Both the position numbers and the translations under genes were made by a program. DNA of 63,675 nt, the filler included, from Bigelowiella natans CCMP2755 (taxonomy: Eukaryota > Protista > Cercozoa), in assembly GCA_000320545.1 (NCBI GenBank). It is 6 parts of 6 records of this genome, joined end to end, with 100 filler letters (N's around TTAATTAATTAA, not from the genome) between each part and the next. Parts side by side here need not be neighbours in the genome. Positions count along the whole stretch, not along the records: positions 34,195 to 43,433 come from ADNK01001854.1; positions 43,534 to 63,675 come from ADNK01001336.1; 4 more parts are not named here. One strand, 5' to 3'. Shown here piece after piece: positions 40,050-50,127 of the stretch. Numbering within the stretch: position 1 is the stretch's first letter; each line of letters opens with the position of its first letter. Below the pieces are notes generated by a model. The model had not been told where the DNA came from, made no database searches, and saw only the letters and a list, made by a program, of their open reading frames with translations.

Positions 40050-41270
40050 ACATTGAAAGCCAGCCTCTTTGTCATCTCACGATGTGCTGCATGGCGCGGG
40101 CGAGCGACAGAGAATCTCTCGGATGACATGGGGCATTGTGCGCACAATGCACACATGAGACGAATGTCAATGCGGTGATGTGGCTAATGAACAATGCAAG
40201 GAAAGGTGGTGGTTACGCAAGGGCCACACAAAAGAGCCTCACATGCATGAGACGGATGTGATGAAGAATTGAATTTTTTCAATGGTCATCCTGATGTGGC
40301 TGTGCAATGCAGCGGCTGCAGCGCTGATGTTGCATCTGTTGGTTTCTGCCACCACGTGCTTCATGCATTCGAAAGCGTCCTCATGCGACCGATGTTGCCG
40401 CGCACTGCGCGCAGCAGTTCTGGAGTCCTTTTCAGCTTTTGTCAGCCGGTTCGTGTCGTCGTTGCGATTCATGATCGCGCGCATTTGATTGCGCAATCTG
40501 ATTTGTTCTCGACTGTGTGTTGGACATTGCAGGAGATGATCCATGTCCTTCAGGATGCCACATGCATCGCACGTGGCATCTTCCTCCGTGCATTGTCCAC
40601 GTGAAAACGTGAATTTTCCAAGATTGCCGACACCACAGATGGCGCGCATCCATGGTGTAGCAACACTTGGAAGTTTCAGTTTGATGCCGGTGATCGAAGA
40701 TGACGGGAGGAATCCAAGATTCTTGAGATGCACAGCGCGCAATGAACCATTGGACCATTCCTCTTCGAATTCGTTGAAAGCACAGGATTTCATCACCTTG
40801 TGATGTTTTTTCAGTTCTTTTTTCAGCGCCTCTGTTGTCGCCAAAACGGTGGGCAATTCGTCGTCTAACAAATCGTCAGTGATCGATTTGAGCCGACGAA
40901 ACAAGGATGCTTTGTTCCACGCATTTGTGGACACATCAATCCACGATGTGCCATCTAGCATTTTTCGATTTTCAATGATGAAGTCACAACTGCTCCAATC
41001 ATTTGTTCCTCATGGATTTGAGGACCGCTGCCTGTGTCGATCCACGCATCAGTGCGCAACCATGATTTAGCACACTGCACTTCAGTTTGACATCGGGGTG
41101 GCAACGTGCCAGTGAGGACGTGGGGGACGTCGTTGGAGATGGATCCAGGTGATCCCAATGCACGTTTCAGGGTTTGGGATTCCATGGAATCCATCTGTTT
41201 CATTCGCATGTTTCTTCGTGATCTCCACATAGGAGCTGCGTATCTGCTGGATGCAAGGAACCATGATTTA
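40050..41270 (-). mobile_element. Degenerate 5'-truncated non-LTR retrotransposon (LINE ORF2 3' part), TpA-depleted
   Basis: Post-RT segment ESQTLKRALGSPGSISND..LTG..P..KSWLR (40955-41230), a frameshift, then a C-terminal CCHC knuckle CDACGILKDMDHLLQC. No Tyr in either ORF. Confidence 0.72.
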
Positions 41271-41356
41271 CAAAATTTTTAATTTAGCCTTGTACACACA
41301 TGTGTACACATCACATGTGTACATATGTGTACACATGTGTATATGTGTATGTGTAG

Positions 41357-41615
41357 GCTTTTGAATGCATGAAATACATAGTAGAAGAGGCAAATATATA
41401 TAACATGAGCACTGTTGTGCCGCTGCTTTGCAAAGCTACATCTGGTTGACTGTTAAAAACACTTAACCACTTCATTACATCCGTCTCATATGCTGTTTGA
41501 TGCATAAAACACACCATAGTGGAGACAAATAATAGGTATAACATAAACAATATGCGCGCTGCGCATAGCTACAATGACATGACTATTAAAAAGATTTAAT
41601 CACTTCATTACATCC
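41357..41615 (+). repeat. Two tandem ~130-bp fragments homologous, in inverted orientation, to the LINE ORF end at 40242-40376
   Basis: 41357-41492 (gcttttgaatgcatgaaatac...ttcattacatccgtctcat) and ~41497-41615 align with the reverse complement of 40242-40376. Confidence 0.85.
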
Positions 41616-41795
41616 TCAACACAACATTTAATGCGTGCTCGTCAAAATAAATAAATACAGAGTGTACCAAATTAGCGCTTTAGCCAGCTGCCGCTTGGAA
41701 AATTCCGACTCGGATTAGCAATCGTCGTCCTTAATGCATTCCATCCAGCTCCAGAGATCATTGTCTAATCCCGAAGTCGGAACAATCAAATCATG

Positions 41796-43290
41796 TTAGG
41801 GTTTGATCACGCTCTGATGTGAATCTAGCTTTTTGAATAATAATAATGTTATCGATACACACCGTTAGTCAAGAATTAATTCAACAATACCTGTTTCATT
41901 CTTTAAAGGTTCGAAAATATTTCTATCAGAGATTGGTGGAGCAGTAGTGACAAGGCTGCTGCAGTGCTTGAAGTGTACGGCTTTTAGATGACCCTGTAAC
42001 ATTGCCCAAAATCAATATAATATTTTGGCATAAATGCGATGAACGCTATTATGTGCTGTCTGGGAGGGGGCAATAATCAGATTACCTTCAAGTGTGGCTT
42101 TTGTCTAAAACTCGCAGAACATAGTTCTGTGATCAAGAAATCAATGATTAATAATTTCACTGCAACGTATTGCTAATATGTTGATATGCTTACCGCAAGA
42201 AAATGGTCTAATTCCATTATGGGTCAGGTTATGACGCCTCAGCCTAAACCAAAGTACAATATATATGATGCTGTATTCGATAATTATCTGAGAGGCTGCT
42301 GGTTCACAGCCTATATGTCTTCATAGATGGTATACCTATACTTCGTCTTGAATGACTTCTCACATTTTTGACAGCTGTTGATGAAATACGAATTGCATAA
42401 GTTGGTCATCCATACATTTATTTTCAGGATATACTCACTCGTATCGGTTTCTCTGGGTATTCTTCACTTCTACAGGGGCAGAGGCGTCGCTGAAGTTCTT
42501 CGTCGTTTTTGGTGCATTTGGAGCCGTCTTACTGTTGCGTTGTTTTTTACGCAATATACTGCAATAGCAATGCTAATCAGGACTAATTCGACTCTCTGTA
42601 AAAGCTGCCTTACCTAATCTTCAAATCGGACATTGATGATGGAAGCATAATGTGAAACGTACTCCCACTTGTCGCATATTCTACATTCCTCCCGAATTCT
42701 GATTTAATTTTATTTTCAATATCAATGGAAATGACAGAGAGTAAGGTGCGCTTAGTACCCCTCTTTTGGAATGACACTTTTATTTCCTTGACGTTGGAGA
42801 GATCTGGAGAGAGGTTCTTGGAAGCAGAGGTCTGTAATCTTTTTGGATTCTTCATTAAGGGAGATTCGCACTCCATATCTATTGAGGATTCAGGCTTGCA
42901 GGTGGCATTGGAGGGTATCATTGGGTGTGCGCTGGAGGGCTCTGCACGGAGTTTGGGATGATAATGGATTGAACGATCACTTTCCGCAAGCTCCGTTGCG
43001 CATTAAGGTATGCCCCAAATTCAGTTCGCTATTATGAAAATGGATTGGATTTCGATGAAAAATAGGCCTCGCTTCCCTTTTTTTTTGGATTGATCGGCAT
43101 AGAGTCGCTATCCTCACGGAATGATTAACCCCTTTGTTAGACAAATTCCGTTCGTTATTCTGAAAATGGATTGGATTTCGATGAAAAATATTATGAAAAT
43201 GGACTGGATTTCGATGAAAAATAGGCCTCTCTTCCCTTTTTTTGATTTTTTGGATGATTTCAAAAGCACCGACGGGTACGCTGCACATAC
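41796..43290 (-). CDS. C2H2 zinc-finger protein (two fingers), multi-exon, start uncertain
   Basis: Splicing short exons at ~42380-41890 gives CQKCEKSFKTKYRLRRHNLTH-NGIRPFS-CELCSASFRQKPHLKGHLKAVH with a TGEKP-like linker; last exon DSHQSVIKP*. Confidence 0.8.
43031..43243. repeat. Three ~30-55-bp direct repeats encoding IFHRNP(I/V)HF on the minus strand
   Basis: TGAAAATGGA(T/C)TGGATTTCGATGAAAAATA at ~43035, 43161 and 43194. Confidence 0.85.
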
Positions 43291-43433
43291 CGTGGTTTTT
43301 AATAAAAACAACCCTTTCTTCTTGGAGAAATTCGGAATTTAGCGTTACTCGAAGTTATTCTCTTTTTTAGTGCGTTCTCGAGCCGTTTCCTACCTGTTAC
43401 AACGAGGGCTGATTCCGCTTCAGAATAGCGAAC

Positions 43434-43533
43434 NNNNNNNNNNNNNNNNNNNNNNNNNNNNNNNNNNNNNNNNNNNNTTAATTAATTAANNNNNNNNNNN
43501 NNNNNNNNNNNNNNNNNNNNNNNNNNNNNNNNN
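43434..43533. other. Artificial contig linker
   Basis: N44-TTAATTAATTAA-N44. Confidence 0.97.
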
Positions 43534-43557
43534 CACATATAAACATATGTATATATC

Positions 43558-43624
<67 letters not shown>

Positions 43625-43664
43625 TTGTGTATATTATGTAACGTCTTGTCTATTTTTCCTCGCA

Positions 43665-45050
43665 GAAAGGGTTATACGTGAACGCGATCGAATCAAAAAA
43701 TGAAATTGGAGGCATCAAAATTAGCCATCCACCCGAAAAGGATTCCAGCAGCAGCAGCAGCAGCAGCAGCACAGGTGATGAGCTCCAAACTAAAAAGGGT
43801 ACAACAGAATCTTTTGATGATTCTGCATTCGATTCGGGGCGGCATGAGAAAGGGACAATACCGAAGAAGAGGCTCGAGCGGTGTGTGACAGTCTCGTCCC
43901 CATCCTCCAACAATAACATAAGAGGCGAAATATTGCCATCGTCCACCCTGCCAGAAGAACTTACGAAAGCGCTTATAAAGTGTACTCCAACCAAGAGCGA
44001 GGATAGCAGAAACCCCAAGAAGTTTCTGGATCGAGTCCAAAAAAAATGGCTGTTGAAACAAAGCAAGAAGAAGACCCCACAGATTTCTGATAGTTCCGGC
44101 GGTACAGCATCGGCGGTTCTTAGGGTATGCAGAACTCCTGAAGCAAAAATAGGCCCGGCTCTCAAGAGTCAACAGGGGCCTTCACCGCCATCGCCATATT
44201 CCAAAAACTCAGCGTTCTCGTTTGTTTCTAGCCCGAATAATAACTGCTCGAAGCAAGCCAATCAGAAAGAATTCCCGTGTATTCATTGCCCTTCTAGTTG
44301 CTCAAGTGAAGTCAATCAGAAAGACTTTGTCCGGACGATACGATCTCCATCGAACAAACTGCAAGAGAGTATCACTTGTGTATTCAATGCCTTTTCCCAG
44401 AAATCAGCAGCTATGACGCCTGAGCATAAGCCAACTGGTAAGGGTGAGCCTCCGGGGTTTCTTCCCAAGATCAGACCGGCAGCAACACGAATAAGTAAGT
44501 TCTAATCCTTCTTTTGCAGCTCTACGATTTTTTGTTGATACCAAACTGACCAAATGCTTCTAATATTCAAGATTCAAAAGGAGACAAATCGCCGCCACCT
44601 TTATCTGTGAAGCAAGTGGATACCTCGACGAAGACAGATCCAGGGAAAATGACTTCGAGGCTGTTCGGCTTGCATCTAGTCGCTCTATGTAAACTTCGAG
44701 GCGGCGATCTTGATAACGCTGAAATAGATAACAAAATGACTCTGTCGGGTGCTCATAAATCGCCCGATAAACATTCAAATAATTCTGCCCAAGCATTGCT
44801 CTTAAATGAGGCAGACAAGTTAAAGCAGGCCGCACGGTTCAGGGGAATTAAGGGCTCGATGCTCACTGACAGAGCAAGCATTGCTTCGAAAAAGGCATTA
44901 CAGAGGTATCACCAACGCAAAGCCATAAGAAGAGTTGGGGACGATCCTAATGTAGTTACCAGAAAGGCAGCTCTCGCTTCAGCGGAGCTCGCATCAAGAA
45001 ATCCGGTGACTTCGTTATGGAAGTATTCAAAGAGATTTGCAGGCACATAG
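43665..45050 (+). CDS. Hypothetical Ser/Lys-rich protein, 3' exons only
   Basis: Acceptor near 43665, a 275-aa open frame, a donor near 44492, then a second frame to the stop at 45050. Confidence 0.55.
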
Positions 45051-45759
45051 CTGCTGTCAGGATGAAATGCGACGAGATGTTGTGTTTTATCAATAGAAAA
45101 TGAAGATGTACTGAAAAGAAAATTAAGATGACCGGATATGATCGTGATGTAAGACGGATGTAATAAATTAAATAAATTTGTCAATGGACATCCTCATGTA
45201 GCTGTGTAATGATCGTGATGTCACATTGTAGTCGTCATCTGACAGTTACATACACGCTAGCACGCATCATAACAGAGCTATGCTAGCTATGGCATGTTTT
45301 ATGTGTATTATTATACATGCCTAGATGCGTTGACGCAATAGCAACATAAAAATGACACTGTAATCATGCCATCTATACATCTGATATTTCTATAAACAAG
45401 CTGGTTGCGGTAAGGCAGTGTGCGCGCGCTTTAATGACACAGCAGTGAGTTTAGAATAATAACGACAACATGCTGGCTATATAGCTAGCTGGAAGCACAT
45501 GTACATTATTTCCAAAGCTAGAATCCATCACATATGTAATTATTGTATAATTGGCTACTGTGCTTTTAAAGTTAAGCTGCTAGGCTCCCGGCAGTGCATG
45601 GCTAAGCTACGTGCATAGCATGCATGCTGAACCGCATTATTACTTCAAATTTAGCTCATTGAGGCAATGGCTGACATAATAATCATTTCTGTTGACATGG
45701 GACATACGCATTGTAATAAGAGTACAAAAAGCTCTTATGAGGGAAGAGATTCGACAACT

Positions 45760-46893
45760 TCAATATCTCCATGTTGATTGAACTTCCATAGCCCATGGAA
45801 ACTTCGTGATAAGAGCAGCATTGAACACCTTCTCTAGAGGAACCTGACAAATGACGTACGTTGAAACCGGTGATAATATCTGACTGGTTATGTCGGTATT
45901 TAACCTCATTTCGCTTGCACCAAGCAACTGTGATTCGTGGGTCCATGTAGTTGATTTTGGACGTTCCGAGCGCAACAGCTTTGGTCTCATCTTTTGTTTT
46001 CATTTTTGTTTCCAAGTTGGAGATGCGTGAGAGATGCGTCTCGTATTGTCTATCCATCACGTCGGCGTTATTGCTGAACTTGAAAGTTTTTTCTCCGTCC
46101 TCCTCCTTATCAGATAGACGGGAATTCAATACTCGAAGAAATCGAAGACGACTTCACAAGCGGTTAGGTTGTACCTTTTTTGCTTTCTTTTTGGCCTTTT
46201 TACCCTTCTTCTTAGCCCCTTTCAGCATATCAATATGCTCTTCCATAGCTTCTTTCTGATAATATCCAAAACAACTCTAATCTCAGAGTGGGACGTATTT
46301 TGATCGATCACCGGCTGCTATTGGGGGATATGAATACTACCTTGAGGACGTACTCCTCCATCTTAGCTTCCATTTTCTCGACTTGGTTTGCATGCCCTTT
46401 GGGAATGGATCGCTGGTGGTTGCAGAGCTCCGCGACGATGCGATTGCAGCGGTTGTAGATGAACTGATAGCGAGTGAGAAGAAGACACAATATGAGGAGG
46501 CGAGGATGATTCCCTTTTTGAAGTTCCGTACCGCACCCCCCCCCCCCCCCCCCCTCACTCTCTCTGTCTCTCTCTCTCTCTCTCACACCGTTTTCTCTCC
46601 AAGTGAGGTTTCCGGGGTGCATTCGTCGTTGCATTTTTCAAGTTCCTATGAATTATATAACCCAAGCGTTATGCGTGCACTACGAAGCTCGGCTTTTGTT
46701 ATTTTGATTGGAGCTGCAAATCACCCGTTGCAAAGTGATGGACGCGTTGTAGGTACGGAACACTTTCGCACTTAGCTTATCCATGTACGTTTGAAGCTTG
46801 GCGTTCAGGCTATTCGGATTGATCTTATTGAAAAGCAACTGCTGCTTTTTACTTTGGGTTCTTCTGCTCGCAGACTTCCACATTTTGCTACAC

Positions 46894-46933
<40 letters not shown>

Positions 46934-47087
46934 TGAGGACGACGCAACAACGTAAAAAAAAAGTCTCTTCTTCTTCTTCTTCTTCCAGTCAGAAATAGTG
47001 GTCGGTACGTACTAGAGTTTTTTGTAGAAAGGCTTCTCTATCTTGATCTTTTCATCGTATGGCATCGAGTCCTGATATATGTACATA

Positions 47088-47118
<31 letters not shown>

Positions 47119-49392
47119 ATTTGTATATATTTTCTACATATATGATTTTGAGGGCGGGAGAAGGGGGCGAGTTGAGAATGGGGAGGGAGAGACAGATAAA
47201 GAATCGATGCGAAATTCTGACAGATACGATTATTACACACCTTCCCGAGAAATTTGAGTCTGATGAACGTGTCCTCCGCGGTGATTTGCATATCCTCATC
47301 AACAAAAAATATGTGCTCAGCGCGAAGAGAACAACACCCAACCGTATCAGCCTTGTCCTCGCCCTGAAGAAGAAAACAAGAAGAATAGCCTGTCTTCAGC
47401 AAGCAGCTGTTTACTATTCGAGGTAGTAGCATGATTACCTTCTCGTTTCCCATACGAAGGGCGAGGCGATCGATGAGATAGATTGCCACCGCCATCTCAT
47501 ACTCATCGTCTTTCGCACTCTTTATCAATTTGTTATATTCATCGCGGATCCTTCCGATAACGTCCTTCAGTTTTCTAGACTTCTCGTATTTGAGGAAGTC
47601 ACTCATGCCTTTTCGATGGATAATGGAAAACATTGCAGCAATCGGCAGTCAGAGAGGGTGGGGGGTCTTTGGGAGCGGTACCACACGCATTTTCATGAAA
47701 GGGAAGGAGGGGGGCGTGGGGTGAATAATACCTTTGAATTTTGAGCTAGCAGCAAGCCATACATACTTGTAATCCCCGTTGATGTTGTCGATCCAGTAGG
47801 CCAACCAAGTGACTTTGGGGTTGTGGATAACGCCCTTCCAGTTGTGCCCAGCCATTGGACATTTCGGGATCTTGGCTCCTTTGCCGATGTTCAGTGTGAT
47901 CTGCTCTGGCTTCACCCGCTTTTTCACCAGCCCTGTCTTCGGATGTTCTCCACGACCGCGAAAGAGTCCTGGAGGCTCCACGTTGTAGTTTCCGACCCTC
48001 TCTCGAAACCCGTCCACCAACGCGTACCCGTAAATGTCAAGAAGCCGCTCTTTCTCCGCCTTGATCTTCTCCTTGTTTTGCTTTCGCAGAATCTTCTGCT
48101 CCTCCTTCCGTTCCATAGCCCAGTCGTAAATGGGCCTGAAATCGCATTTGCTAAATTTCTTTATCTTGTGGTTCTTGCCCAACAACTCCCTGAAGCACTT
48201 GAAGAAGTTTTTTTGAAATACAGGTTTTTTGGCATGGTCGGTCTCCAACATAACTCCAAAGAACGTGGCAACCTCCTCCTGTTCGGGAGTTAGCTCTACT
48301 TCCTCACCATCATACTTCATCTTGATTCCGTGAGGCTCGTAAGCAGGTGGAAACAAAACGCCATTATGTTCTAAGGTGTCCCACTTCTTCGTCCTTGCTA
48401 CGTAATTTCCCTCTTCGAGGTTTTCCCACCAACGGTCTACCGCTTCACTGCGAAGTGGTGCTGCCTCGCGGGTCTCGTATTTTGAGGGATCGAACCTTTT
48501 GACATTTCCAACTTTATTCTTGGATGACGAACTTGCAGCGTAGCCGTCCTCGAAGTCGGAATCGTCGTCGGAGTCATCGCGCCTCCTTGGGGTTGCCTTC
48601 TTCTTCTTCTTTCCCTTTGCTGGAGGTCGCTAAAAAACACATCATATGTGAGGAATGCAATGCTAGTCTTTTTAAAATAAGGCTAGAAACCTTCTTCTGC
48701 GGAGGTTTTCGGCTCTTACGCACAACGTCTATCAATGGGGCGTCATCTGAGTCATCGTCTGAGTCATCGTCTGAGTCATCCCCATTATCACCATTTTCAT
48801 AGTCAGCATCTGCTTTGTTTCCATCTCCTCCCTGCGACGCTTTTGGTTTTAAGGGCTTGTCGTCACTACTATCATCACTATCATCACTATCATCCTCTCC
48901 ATTGCCCAGGCCGTTCTTCTCCACCTCCATGGGCTTTGATTTCTTCGACTCTTCCCGTTTGATCGCAAGTGGTACATCATCGTCCGAGTCATCGTCGCTT
49001 TCTATAATGCGTCGACCGGTCTTGATTTTGTCTGTGGAGCTCTGGATACCAGACTCATTCACACCGTTCGCCTCTGAGCTTCCCTTTCCGTCAGACTCGG
49101 ATTCGATTTTTTGTTTCTTCAATGAGCCTGCTGGGTTTTCTTTCCCATCTTCCCCTGGCTTCCTCTTCTTTGAGAGAACCGTTGAAGAAACATCATCAGA
49201 CATAGCGCCGATTTTTGGGGGTGGGCTTGCGGCAACCAAATTTGCTTTGAACGTTGCTTTTCCAAAGAGGTCGTCGCGAATATGAAATAGATTGTATTTC
49301 ATACCTGTGACATCAATATTGATCCTTTTCTCTTCATTCCCGATTTTCCGCTTTCCCGCCAGATTTATTCTGGAATTCTTGCGTGAGGACAA
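45760..49392 (-). CDS. TOP1: DNA topoisomerase I (type IB), multi-exon; start uncertain (ATG 49203 or further upstream)
   Basis: [79 protein letters not shown], active-site [18 protein letters not shown]. Confidence 0.97.
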
Positions 49393-50127
49393 CCTCGTAC
49401 TCTGCCCTTTTTAGAAATCATCCACGTATTCAGTGGCTGAATGACCTGAGATCCTGTAGAAATATAAGTTGAAAAATACAGTATGGGCTTTGGAAAGTCT
49501 GAAATTAGTCCCTGTATGAAAATTTCTGAGCCGAGAAGGCAATTGGCCGAGAAAGGATCACTTGTCATCAGTAACAAATGCTCATTTTGCTGCATGGAAT
49601 TTTGTGTGAGGGCGTGGAAGTGAATCAAATTCCTCAGATATTCGCGTATAGTCAAGTACATTTTTAGTAGCGATTGAACAGGTAGTCGCATCAATGAGAG
49701 ACATAGATTCCAATATTTGCTTCCCATATATAGCAGTAGACTTGTTTAAAAAAATGTCTATCTGCGAACATTACAAGAACAACGTTCAGCTGAAAGGAGC
49801 AGCTCATCCCTTCCAAAGCGTCCCCTCTACTCGTACCCTGTTTCGAAGGTAACCTCGTTCACCTCAGGGTTGATGCGGATAGGCTTCTCAGGCTTCTGTT
49901 AGACTTCGAATTCAGATTATAAAAACAATTTGAACCTTAGTCAACCTGGGCTTATTCTTGTTCGGGCCGTTGCCGAATCGGCCGGTTATAGGCCTTCCGC
50001 GATTATCCACCAAATACTATAGAAACTTAGAGAAATATGCTGCTAGCTAATAAAATATGTGTACTCTTCTGGCTGAATTTTAGCATGACTCCACGCTGCA
50101 TTTCAGGGGTATGGTCATTTGATCGAG

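Noticed and set aside
11065-41230. Classical RIP or CpG-methylation decay as the cause of TG/CA richness
   Set aside because: RIP raises TA rather than removing it; CpG is abundant in the zones; the telomeric and LINE comparisons point to TA as the source.
22943-43243. Short direct repeats as a CRISPR-like array
   Set aside because: Only two or three copies each, no regular unique spacers, no cas genes, eukaryotic context.
3737-43533. Recurrent TTAATTAATTAA motif flanked by Ns (five copies)
   Set aside because: Identical 100-bp artificial linker; genes such as NOP2, GH1 and HPS3-like are cut at it and do not resume.
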